The notes beneath the pieces were generated by a model. That model searched no databases, was not told the DNA's origin, and worked only from the letters and a program-made list of their open reading frames with translations. From assembly GCA_053919585.1 (NCBI GenBank), contig CM132795.1: a stretch of 64,000 bases of DNA, one strand, 5' to 3'. This document shows, piece by piece, positions 12,397 to 26,100 of the stretch; within the stretch, counting starts at the first letter, position 1, and each line of letters begins with the position of its first letter. The position numbers and the translations under genes were made by a program. This stretch comes from Euprymna scolopes. Taxonomy: Eukaryota.

Positions 12397-15300
12397 GTGA
12401 GTGACAAGAGATTTATTACCTCCGTTTGTTATGGTTTACACTATTTTTTTAATTTTTTCTCGCACAACCAAACTGATGTTTAGAAACATTACCAGGCTTT
12501 TATCTTTGTTAAAGTTCTCACAAAATCTTGCAAATTATGTGAATTTAAAATTTTTTTCTAGATCGTACTTTTAAGAAATGTCATCTTAACATTATGAATT
12601 GTTACATGGGGAAAACATTAAAATGAGTTCTTGAATAGAACAGGTGAGATAGATGCAATTCACAGGAAATCTTTGGAGGAAGTGATGAGAGGATTAAATA
12701 AGGACGTGGAAAGATCAGTTTATACTTGGGGGACTTTATTGAAGCATACACCAGCAGTGATTTTAACCCCTTTGTGCAAAAACTGATATGGCCGTGATTT
12801 CTTTGAACTGTGTGAACAATTTCAGAAACTTGCTTAGAACTGTCAAGTCATTTTAATGTTTTCTCCTCTATTGAAAATGTTCTCATGTATGCAGAGGATA
12901 TTTCTGCATATGTCCTCCAGATGTTATCCTGTATCTCTTCAATAGGCTTGCATCCCTAGATCTTCCATGATCGACCTAGACATACATGTGATTTTTTTTC
13001 TTCTTCAGGTTTCCTTTAAATTCTAGTTTTAACTTGCTATAATCTATAAGTATAAAAGCGAAAAATGTATGTATGTGTGTTCGCTTTTTCTGTATGTCTA
13101 AAGGCTTTTTTCAGAGAAGCGGTCAGTCGGTTCACAACTTCTTAAAACTTTTTATATCGCATATAAATCATATCTCCCGAGTTAACAACGGAGCTTGCAT
13201 ATCTATTTAATTTGCTCGACTTCGGAAAGATAAATATTCAACATTTGTCGCTCACCGCATGTGGATTAGGCTTTTTTTCTATAATAAAAGCGACACTAAT
13301 TCTGGCGGTATTTTTCCAGTCTCGATCGCCGGACATTTCCGAAAGCAATCAGCTTTGATCAATGTGGAAATATTATTTCCTTATATCAGAAGACAATTCA
13401 ATTTCGACAAGTGCAGCTGTTTCCCCCTACCCCCAACGTCTTGGAAGAAAAAAAAAAAAAGCATTCCCACACTAAATGAAATGCTACCCCGCAGTCAAAA
13501 GCTGACCTCATTAAGTCATTAAAACGTGCACCTGCCAAATCCAAGTAATTAAATAAATTCAAACGTGTTTCCGTTAGCATCTCGTGGTGGCCCAATGGTT
13601 AATGTCGCACTTTTTTTTCTTTTTTTTTTTTCACACTTTAATTTACAACTTTGCCTCAAGGGTTCGATCCTCATACTTACCTACCAAAACATTTTTTTTT
13701 TTATCAAAATGTCAATGACCTTTCTTCACCTGGTTATCTTCCTTGAGGACAACCAGATCAAGAAAGGTCATTGACATTTTGATGTTCCATAAACCTGTTT
13801 ATTATGGTACAATGAACTCCTTTTCTGATAACACTAAGTGGTTCAAGCAGTTTGAATATTATAGTAGCGTCATGATTTAACTTGTGAAAAACAGTAATCT
13901 GGTTAATCTTGTTTCATTGGTTATACCAATCCATTATTAATTTTAACAGTTAATACCTGCAATACAATATAGCAGTTTACAGCAAATGGAAGACCATCTT
14001 AATTGAGACTTGAAAAATTAGGCTTACAATATTATCTAAAACTAAAATCTAACCCAAAAAATTCTGCCTATAAATGCACCTTCAATCCCAACTACACATC
14101 TATTCAAACAAAAAGAAAATGCAATTAAACCCTTTGATCTCTACATGGAAGAAACAATAAAACCACTTACAGACAACTCTAGATCAAACCAGCATCCACG
14201 AGGAAAATCTCCGAGAACTCCCACCCTGGCTGTTAAATCAACCTAAAGTCATACTAGACCTGACAATATATCCTAAATCCAATACTCACCCTGCAGACTA
14301 TGGAGAAAAACTAAACCACATTCTGAATACTTACCCAAATTGGACACACATTTACACGGATGGTTCCAAAGATCAAAACAAAGTGGGATGTGCCGTTATT
14401 TCAGAAAACACTATTCAGCAGAAAAGCTCCTATAGTGCAGAAATTACGGCCATAAACCTGGCTCTAGATATTATCATCAACCAAAACTCCAAAAAATTTA
14501 TATTTGTAGACTCCTTATCAGTATTAGAAGCAATAAAAAATCAAAAATTAAACAATCCCCTACTCATCAAACTGTTACAAAAGATCCATTCTATCCTGCA
14601 ACACAAAACTTTCTTCTTCTGTTGGATTCCCAGTTACTACGGTTCCCGTGGAAATGATAAAGTTGACATGGTGGCCAAAAATTCCTTAAAACTACAAATA
14701 AACGACATAAGGGTCCCATATACGGATTACAAACATTTAATAAACATTTTTATCACAAAGAAATAGCAAGAAAATTGGAACGATTGCCAAAATAACAAAC
14801 TCTTCCAAATTACCCCTATATTTAAAAAAAAAAAAAAAAAAACCTAGATACCAGAAAATCACGTAAAGAAGTAGTAGTCTTATCACGTATCCGGATAGGA
14901 CACACGTACATAACTCACTCCCACCTACTAAAAAGTGAAGAACCTCCCAAATGTATACCATGTCACGAACCTTACACAGTGAAACACTTTACTTGACCGT
15001 CATGATCTCACACAAATTCGTCAACACTACTACAAGGCTACACGTTTAAAAGAACTCTTTGATAAAGAAAATCCCAAAACCATTCTAAATTTCTTAAAAC
15101 AAGCAAATCTTTACCATAAAATATAAAAATCATCAAATGACAAACTATACCAAAACATTGGTGGAATATACCCAGCGAAAATCGATTTTGAAAGTATCAA
15201 AAAATTTAAATCAGCATTAAATGACCCAAAGAAGGTTGATATGCTGGTTAAACAAACAAACAAACAGACCATCTTAATTGCAAAACTTTTGAAAAATAAG

Positions 15301-17116
15301 AACCTTATAGCTGGAATAGAAGTTGCTTAAAAACTGAAGTATGACTTGAGTTTGTCAGAATTTTGGAAAAGAATTAACAGATGAAATAGATAGTACATGT
15401 TTATCATATTTACATGAACTATGTTGTTAAAAATTAAAAAAAAAAAAAAAACATTACTTACATATTTCTTTTATTCTTCTGGCTCAGATTGGAACTTCAA
15501 GCAACCAGTCGTCTGGTCTGCCTTCATCTCTTGGTAGCCAGTCCGTGAATGCTATGGCCTCTCTAACTAGTCTGTCTCCACAGCAGTCGTCTGGAAGCCA
15601 TTTGCCATCCACCTTGTCGGCTGCAGCTGCCGCAGCTGCTGCTGCTGGTCATCCAGTGACCACTCAGGCAGTATCAGTCGGCACCACGGTCACACAGTCG
15701 AGCCAGCACTCTATACAGCAGCAACAGAGAGCAAGGCCACAAAGAACAAAACTACCCCCACCTTCAAAAGTAAGTCTTAATTTTTTTATCAATCTTCATG
15801 AATACTATTTCCAGTTTATTTTTTTTATTTTTTTATTTAAAGATTTATTTTTCAAACAAATGTACTTGTTTCCAATCCTTCGACTCCATTATAAGTCTTG
15901 CCTTATTCTGGAATTTCACAATATTTAAGGAATATCACTCTTGTCAAGTGTTTATTTCTCTCTAGGGCATATGAGATTCTGTGCTGGCAAAACTACTGGA
16001 AATAAGTATGGTTGATTTTTAAACAAAAATAAGTATAAAGAATGATGTATTTCTGCATTAGACTTTAAGTTTGCAAAAAAGGTTTATATATTAGCTCAAT
16101 AGTGTATATTATTAGAGCTCATAATTTAAAATGAGTTAATTAAAAAAAAAAAACATTTTATTCAAACAATTTTGTTTTGAAGTATACACATTTGTTATAC
16201 TAGATTTGATGAAACATTTGCAATAAAGTTTCATTAGTGCATAATACACTGCAGTCTAGTTGAAAAAATAAGATTTCATTTTATATTCCTTTTTCATTTT
16301 TTTTTTATCACTTCAATCAAAACACAAACCTTATGTCCACAACATTTGCTTGTTTTCATTATAATGTTCGTATTTGACTAACAAAACGTTATGTGCTAAT
16401 ACTTACACATAAGAGAACAATTATTTAATTTATATCCACTATTATTGTCTGTTTTTGTTTTGTTTTTTCCTATTCATGTATGATAGATCTTTAATCTTAA
16501 AGAAAAAAAAATCAAAATGAAGAGGGAGGGGTGATAAAAAGGACAATATTTTTTATTTTTTAGAGGAAGATAATTAAATTATTTAGATTACTCTTATCTT
16601 GGATATTCTACCAATGTTTTGATCCATGTAACCTCTAACCTTCAGTTGCATCTTATTAAACTTTGGAATTTTAAACAGAACCCTTTATTTAATCTACATA
16701 GTTTGCCCATGTTGTCAGCAAATTCTTAATTGTATTTTAGTATCGGGGATTTGAACCTTCAACCCTATAAGATTATCAATTAGAATTTGCAGTACTTTTC
16801 TCCATTGCACCTTGTGTTAGTTTTAACAGTAATCAGAGTAATACAAAGGAGTTATGTTTGATAGAAACTTCTATTATTTAGCAATAATTTGCTTGTAACG
16901 TGGCCTATTTCATAACTTTGTCTCGAACTTTCAATCCATCTCATGTGACATATATACTGTCCCTTTTTGATCTAATTATAAATTTATATTTATTTATTTA
17001 TTAATTAATAGAAGCTTAAACAAATGTATGCTTCAATCTAATATAAGTATTAATGTTTATATTTATCCCAACCATATAAAAAAAAAAAAAGCTTGATACA
17101 ATAGTACGAAGTAGAG

Positions 17117-17156
<40 letters not shown>

Positions 17157-20100
17157 TTCTGCATATTTATTTATTTTTTTTTTTTTTTATTGAAACAATC
17201 TAACCAGAGTTAAATGAGTGACCAAATGCATATTACTTTAACACAGTCAAATAGGTATGCATAGACAGTTGGGGGGATTCAAAAAACCAAGGATGTAATT
17301 GGAAATAGTGTTTTAAAGTATAGACGTAGTACAAACATTATCAAAGTAAATAAAATTTAATGTTTTAACATTTGTACATGAAACAAAGTACAGAAGTCAG
17401 TTTTTTTTTTTTTTTTTTTTTTTTTTGTAAGATATTAAGAACTTGAATAATTAAAATTTATCAAAATGATTGGATTCTTCATTAGTTAAGCTAAAGAAAG
17501 TTGGCATGCTTTAGTAAGCAGTCATTTTAGAGTTAACTAACAAGCAGACCCAACGTTGCTTAGGATTGAATGAGGAGCCACAAATATTCCACATTTCTAA
17601 TACTTTTATTGTCATTGAAATTAGTGAATTTAAAAAAAAAATATTTAAGTGTTTGATTGCCTGCTCTGGTCAAGAACCTACAGTGATGCACTGGGAGAAA
17701 GATTAACATGCCTCATCAGTGACTTAGTTCACAATACACTGTAGTCTACATTGCACAGTAAAGAACCTACTGTTGATTTTAAAAAAATTATGTAATAGCT
17801 TGAATTAAATTTAAAATGCAAGTCAAGTATCATAATTCAGTCATGCTCTAAACAGAAACTTATTTTGAATATGCTCCTGTCTTATCAAAGAGCCTACTGT
17901 TGATTTAATATGCCAGCCCTTCTGCTTGTGCAGTGGTAAAACTTCTCAAATGTACTTGTGATGTTAGGCTGTATAATATCAAAATTGGACTGTTTCTTTA
18001 ATCAGATTTTTTCAATACTTATCAGATGCATTCCAATATAAAACTAAAGAACACTCCCAGAGACAAAGTATATTCATATGAAATTTAAAAAAAAAAAACA
18101 AAAAAAAAACTGCTTAATTGTTTATGAGTCCATAGGGAACAAATTCTCAAAGTGCCTTTTATATATAAGTATGGATAAATTAAATTCTTGTTGCTTTGTA
18201 ATGTTTATTTTAAATTTAAAATGGCATTATACTTTGGAACTTTAGACATGAATGTACCGTAATTTCTTATGAAATCTAATCGATTCAAACTGATGGCTCC
18301 AGACAGAACGAATTTAAATCCTGAAAGATAGTATGTTTTCATGATTAAAAAATTTAGGTCCACTTTGTTTTCATGACATGGTGCATGTATGTTGTAGATT
18401 CCTGCTAGTGCTGTGGAGATGCCGCATCATTTAATGCCGCAATTGGATGTCCAGTTTGGAAACCTTGAGTTTGGCGCAGACAGTTCTCCCTTTAGTTTTA
18501 CAGTGAATGATACTTCTGTCACCAACAGTTTTACCTCTTCGGAGCCAAACAGGTAAGCTATAATTATATTATAATAATATCACAAAGTTATATCTAAAGA
18601 AATATTTTGTGCTGTGCTAACCTTATTTATGAACATTGGAGTTTTATGATTAGGGATGAGCCAAATAACTGATTTTATCTCCATCTCTCCTGAATTCCGA
18701 TCCTATCTAACAATACCGAATAAGCAGTAAAAATGTGATCATAGGCAAAGGATCTAAAATATGATTCTAAGATGGGTGTTTATTAATACATTTGATAGAA
18801 ATCAGAATAAAATTTACTGCTAAAAAGAATGAAGTGAAAAAATGGTGAAAAAGATAGGCACTATTATTGCTTGTTTATTAAACTAGAAGACTTGATTGAG
18901 CCATCTGCAACTAATCTGATATTCATGTGAAGATTTCTCTTTATCAGTTTTTCATGATTTTCTTTTTCTAAACCTAAAGTTTAGGGTTTTGCCTTTGAAG
19001 AAAATTCTTATTTTTCTGATCATGTTGGCATGTTTTTCAAAATCTTACATGGGAATGTTTAAGAACTGAGAATGCATTAATGGTTTCTGTGGAAAGAAAT
19101 TGAAGCAAAATAAACTATATTCACCTAAAAAAACATGGTGCAATGACAAAAATGGTTAGGTAGAATTAAATATCGATGTGTCAAATGCAATGCTATTTAG
19201 GTCTTAGAAAATCCAATAACTTCTTCATATATCATAAAAGAAAAGATAAAAATACTGTTAGGCTTTGGATAAAAACAACCAATTGGAAACTATTTTATTT
19301 TGGCATTAAAATTGCTCAGAGTTGATATACCATAATGCACTTAAATATTAAAAGGCATCTTCTGACCAATTTGCATAGATAATAAAAATTTAATTCTTTT
19401 TACATTTTTCCTCTTTTAGTTCTCCAAGTGGTATGGTTAACCATCTGAGTTCACCCAGTCAACCACCTACAGATTCGCCTCTGACGTCATCCATTTTGTC
19501 GTCGCCAAGTCCCTCCACGAAACAAGCCATCAGTCATATGGAACAAACCTCTAGCCGCACAAACATCTTTACGAATACGTATCAATCTCCATCTAAAAAG
19601 GACGTCACTGGTAATGCATTAGGACAAACAAATAAGGTAAAAAGAACATTTCTATTTTGATGAGAAAAACGAGTCCTATTTTTTTTTTTTTTTTTTTTTT
19701 TTTACATTCCTATTAAACAGGGTGGGCCAGAATTTGAATATAAAATGATTTTTTAAATTTTTTTTATTTTTTTTATTTTTTTATTTTTAAATATTATTTT
19801 AGGTGGAAGGGTATTGAGAAATAATTAAATCATAAAACAAGCATGTCTTTCTGTAAACATCAAGCATTGGACATGCGAATTCTGTCAACGGGTGCTTCTC
19901 TCAAAGGCTGACCGCATAAATCTGAAAGAGCCTGATATAATAATCGACTCAAATATTTCCAAAAGTTAGACAACCTGCATGATGCCTAGAACAAGGTATG
20001 GCCTCTATAGCAGAAAAATGACCACCAAGTCTGCATTGTCTATTACTTGCATAACCATCCATGCAGATCTGTAGCTGATTTAAAAAGCAAACTACAAAGT

Positions 20101-23100
20101 TACAGATGAGGAAAGGATAATGGATAATGGTGCAGGAACATGACTACAGCGATTTATCTGTAAAAACTAAATGAATGATTATCACTAAATTAAAAATTGA
20201 AATAGAATTAAAATAAGATCTCCAAACAAACATATTTGCATCTGGGAACAGCTATTTAATCAAGTTTTTTATTCTTTGTATAGTCGATATATCAGTTTTT
20301 TTAACTTTCATCTAGTCAGTTATATTTAATGTTTCTATTTACTTGCCTCCCCACAAGGGCAAAGTTGGACAAAAGTTTGGTTTTTAATTGGGAAAATCCA
20401 GCTCCCCAAAAAAAAAGCGCACTCTGGATAGGAACAAAAATAAAAATTGTATCAGTCATGAATGATTTCTCCTCCATTGACAGAGTACAGAAAAGGTGAA
20501 GTGTAGCATCAGAACAGATATTACACTGTGATCTTGGCCCGAAAGCCAAGAACTTTATATTTAATGTTGGTGAACCCAATATTTTTGTTGAAGTATATAT
20601 TAACAAACCATTTTTTATTTTTTAGATTCACAAAAACTGTCTTTTTGTTATATAGTAGCTTTCCGTGCTTTATTTTATGTGCTTTCCATATTTTTTTTTT
20701 TATTTTTTCATACAAATGGAATGAAGAAAATTGTATAATGTTTCACGGCTTTTCTTTTATTTTTAGTCTAAAACTAAGTTATTTCATTAATTTCATAAGC
20801 TATTCTCAAGGAATTATTAACATCAATATCATATATCATAATATTAGCAATAACATTAACTCGTGTAAAAACTATTGAAAACTAACACATTTTCTTGATT
20901 TAGTCCAACAAAAACTTTTATAAACTAAGAAAAAGTTGCATAGTCTACCATCTCATGCAATTTGTATTTAAAATTTGTTATAAAAATATTTTTAAAACAA
21001 TATCATTTTACTTATTTTTATTTTTTTCTAGATTGCAACCCCTGATCCCATCCCATTTCCTCCATCCCCAAGCGAGCGGAAGTCCAGTCCACTTATTGGA
21101 CCCGGCCAACGAACTGGTCAGTCTCCAAGTTCTCTTGGTCAGAGTGAGTTGTCATGATCTCGGCTCTTAATGTTTTTATGTGAAGCGAAATAGAAAAAAT
21201 TAAAAAAAAAAAAGACTTTGATTTGCTCTGCTTAAATTTTCATTATATTAAAAAATAAATACCTTTTGCTAACTGTCTATTAATTCTCTATGGAATTTCC
21301 ATCAATATAGTTAAAATTGAAAGCATTAAATGTGAAGAGATGAGACATAATATTTTAGATTTTATAATCTCTCTTGTGTAGTCTGGCACTTTATAATGAA
21401 GAAAAACGTTTGATTAATTTAAATAGACCTATTTCTATTTGCATAAATCAATTGAGCTTATTTAGGTTTCTGTTTCTCTACAGGTGCTGTTCCTAGCCAG
21501 AAGAATGATTCCAACAGTCTTGGTTCCTATACTCCTCCTGGTAGTACGTACCCAACTCCTAGTTACCAAAGCCATAAACCAGCCAATGTAACATCATCAT
21601 TGTCATCTTCCACCCCTGTGTTTACACACCATTCCAACAGCATGTCTCAGTCTAGTTCATCAGCCTACCCAGCAACGCAATACCAAGTCAGCCAGAACCA
21701 ATACCCAACCACCCCTTCACAATATACTCATCATCAGAGCTACCCGGGTAGTTCTTCATTCCAGTCACAATCTAGTTACACATCAAATCAACCGACTCAG
21801 AACTCTTTGTATCAGAGCTCTGCACAGACGAGTTCCTATCAAGCTCAAGGCAGTAATAGTAATTCAACGACGGCCTATCACCCTCGGGACTCTCAATCTG
21901 CCCCTGCCAATTCCTATCCGACTGCTGTAGCCAGTCAGTCTTCATATCAACGGAATAACCAGGCTGCATTAGCAGCTACATCTCAGACTCAACCTGTTGT
22001 ATACAATACACAGACTTATGGATCTGCTCATGCAAATACGTTACAAACCTCTCCCCTCACAGATGCTAAATTAACAGAATCTCTTTCTAAAATGTCAGTT
22101 AAAGATAACTCCTTGGAAAATTCCCAATCTTCAGCTCAGGTAAGTATAAAGCTTATTTTATATTTTGTTTTATATTTTTCAAACTCTTCAATCATTATTT
22201 GTATGTATTGAAAGGTGTAACACTGTTCTGTTTTTAACTGATGTAAACCTTGTATGATTTTGTCCTATGTTGCTACTTACTTTTCAGCTAAATTTCATTC
22301 GGTTTACCATTCAGCCTCCTTGAAGTGTATTTATTTACTGACGTTTTTCCAGTATTCAATATTGATTTGTGGTTGCTGATCACCGTAGAGAAACCTGAAA
22401 CAGACAAGTGGGAACATCAACCAAAATATGATTTTATAAAAAATATATAAAGTGGCGCGGACATAGAAAACTGATGACATAAACCATTCCTCATCCATAA
22501 AATTCAGATAATTATTGTTCATGAAAACTGATCCATTTTCACATTTTTAATTGAAGTAAACCCAACTCTCACCCACGTTTTGAAATAGGCTCAGTTTTTA
22601 CCTTTTCTTTAAGAGTTTAAGTTCACTTGCAACAAATCGTCCCAAGAATCCTGGCATTGATTTGATTACCAACTCACTGTAAACATGATTCTTGTTAATG
22701 CTATTTAAAACATAAAATAATTTATATATAATTATCAAATGATATGCGTCCAATTTATTCCTCTTGTTTGGGAACCATTTTTTTATCAATTCACAAAACT
22801 TTACGTACTGGATTATTTGTGCCGAAAGAAACTAAACCAAAAAAAAAAAATTTTTCTATTCCTGTTTTTTTTTTGTTTTGTTTTTTTTTCCTGTGAGATT
22901 TGCAGATCTCACTAGGCAGATTTTTTTTCTTGTGAGATATTTAAGATTGTTTACATTTCATCATACTATCCACCAAATCTTGATATTAAACAAACAAATC
23001 TGATTGTGATGTGCTTATATACATCTAAGAATTCTTATTGCATTAATCTTGTCTTTGGTAATGAAATCGGTTTCTTTTTGAATAATAAAGTGAAATTAGC

Positions 23101-26100
23101 CTCTTGACAGTGAATATTTTCTTTAGAAAAATCTGACTCGTTATACATGCGCTATACACTATCGGCTTGCAATTAGCTGGTCATACAAAGCTCCATCACA
23201 TATAACTCATAACGGTTTACTCTTCCCTCCTACATCACTGATACTATTAATACACAATCCTAAATAGATGGAAACTGGTATCTAAAATTCAGTCAATTTG
23301 GAAGATAGAAACTCTACAAAGCTGCTAAGCCCAGAATATAACATTTGGATAGTAGAAACTATGACGCGAGTTTGAGGATTGCTCCTAAAACGAGTACACC
23401 TTTCATGTAACCGTGTAATAGCAAGGTGAATAGATTTCCTCCTTGCTTTGTCCAATTTTAGGGAATGTGGTTGATGAAACAAATTGAAAATTATTCATAG
23501 CTCATAAACAACCATCCAAGAGATCCCATACAAACTCAGGAAACATTCTTAATATTATGCAAAAAGAAATTAATAAGCTAAAATGTCACCATTCTTTGCT
23601 TAGCAGGTATTCTAAGAGAATCATTTCTATAAAAAAAAAAATAGTCTGAAATGCAGCACTTTGTTAGATTATTAAAAAAAAAAAAAAAAAGTCAATCAAC
23701 ATTTGTTTACCTAGATCTTTTCTTATATATTTAAATTATACAAAAATACTCTTAAGATATTAAGGTTTAAGATAGTTATGTTTTTTTTAAAATTTCATTT
23801 TATTTGCAAATGATCAATAATTAGTCTATTAACTGATGAGGTGTAAAGTTTTATCACTTGTCAGTGTCAATCCTTCATATTGAATGTATTTATTGGCTAT
23901 TGTTCTAATTAATAATTCATGTCAACCTTAAGAGTAAACAAATCTCACGGAATATTAATATATAGATCAAATTAATAAAGATGAACTCAAAATATCCCTA
24001 TGAATTTGTTTGTTTACTATTTTCAAATTCAGTTTATTTTTTAAATGATCTACAATAAAACATTTTCAGATTCTTTTACTTTTGTGCTAACAATTTTTTT
24101 CCTAAATTCTTGTCAAATTCTATTTTAAGATTGAATTGGATGAAATTAGAAATAATGGTGTTATTTAACAGAATTTTATTTTTATATTTAAAATTGAAAA
24201 GATAATCATTTTTTGAATTTAACTGAATTGGCTGTTTTACTTTCGATGGTAAAATTTTAATTAGGAATACTTTATTTTTTAATTCATTTATATATAATTC
24301 ATTGCAACTTCCTTAGCGATTTCTAGGATAGAGAAACATGTTTAAAAAGTATTTCACACTAAACAATTCATCTTTTCTGAAAGATAGTTGGATTTCGTGT
24401 GTCAATCTGAATCTCAATCTTGGAAGGATGATTGAGAAAATCTATCGTGTTTCCATTGCAGTAATTTCATTTCTAAATTGAACATAAAAAAAATTCAACA
24501 TTTATTCATGTTGATCACTAGTCAAATGACTCCTTGAAAATTTGGAGTTCATTTAGTGTATATTTTTGCTGTTGTGTTCAATTATACTTAACATCTGGAT
24601 GCTATGAACAGATTTTAGATTATTTACTGAAAAATAAATCTCGACAATGTTTAGTAATCAGTTTGAGGTAAAAGCTGGTTTCTGTCAAAGTTCGGTATTG
24701 AGTTCTCTTCTCTTCATCCTTGTGCTTGCACATTACCTGTATAAAATTCTTCTGGAAAATGTATGTTGGTGATTTGATAATTGTTGAACTGTGTGCAGAG
24801 TTTAACCTATGCAAAACGAATGTTAACTCAACGGGCTTTTGAGTCAACATAAAAGCAAAATTTATAGTTAATAGCTCTAACTTGGATACGCTCAAAGGTT
24901 TTGACTGGCTTCCTTGTTTTTTTTTCAGATCTTGGGTTAACAGCCACTCTGTACTCTACACAGATTTCATCATTGGGTTTTTAAGAGATACAATTGATCT
25001 CTATAGAAAATGTGCTGGTACTATTTATCTATTTAAAAACAGATTCTGTACAGTCCTCTGGAAATCCTTAGATTGAAAATTGTGGACTCGTTTTGCTATC
25101 TTAGTGATATGACTTTTGCTAGTGGGTAAATTTTAATGTCACATGTGCATTTCTTCCCATTTTAACCTTTCATTCACTTTTGCTTGTTACAATAACATAA
25201 ATATTCAACATGCAATGAAGAGTAAATGCTGAGGCCCTATTAATTTAGCCTTTTGAAGAATACAGAAATGACGGCTATGTTTTGGATTTGTTGACTGTGC
25301 CTTTGACAGTTCTAACTTCCTGTTAGGACAGAGGGTGCCTATATCAGTCTGCTCTGTGTTGTAGCCACCTGTAATGGTATGGACATTGTTGGCTGAAGTT
25401 CTGTGTTGATAAATAGATGTACACATTTCATTGTAGGCTAATCAAGGAAAAGGCAAGCCGAAGGAAACTTGGTGATTGACATGCATTTGCCTATTTTTGA
25501 CAATGTAGATGATAGTTTCATGAAGAATTTGACTTTGTATTGTTGCAACCAACATGCAATCTACATCTGTAGAAATGAGACGTTCATTGAAGAACGAATA
25601 TAAGGAGGGGGCCGGTAACTATCTGTAGAATATTTGGACATTTTGTATTAGTATGAAGCTTTCAATTTATTCCATGCAAATATTTGAAATCTTTGTAATT
25701 TTGTGATTAAGACTGATAATTTCGATTACTTTTCTAACCTTAGCTGTTATTCTCCAACCTTCAAGTGACATCTTGTTGAACTCTGGAAATCTTTAAATTT
25801 TGTAGAGTGCATCTGAAGGCTGAATGTTACATTGGCTGAAAAGTAAGAATATCATCCAAGATGAAAATAGTTGTCCAAATATGTTAAACCTTTCAATTTT
25901 CTACAAGAGTAGTTTTTGAATTCGTTAAAATACTTCAGGTAAAAGATTTAATAGAAAAAAACTTGGATGCATCTAGAAGAAAAATTGATCTTTTCAAAAA
26001 CCAATTTGGTGTAAATACACTAATCATATTTCACAAGATTTTTTTTATTTTTAATCTTAACAATACCAGTGTTGTTGTGGACCAATATGATCGTCCATCT

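Noticed and set aside
12682-12786. C/D box snoRNA (GTGATGA...CTGA), considered because vertebrate UBAP2/UBAP2L host snoRNAs
   Set aside because: No terminal stem, no recognisable rRNA antisense element, and it lies in a probable transposon remnant.
13577-13675. tRNA gene
   Set aside because: A and B boxes are separated by long T runs that would terminate Pol III, and no cloverleaf can be drawn.
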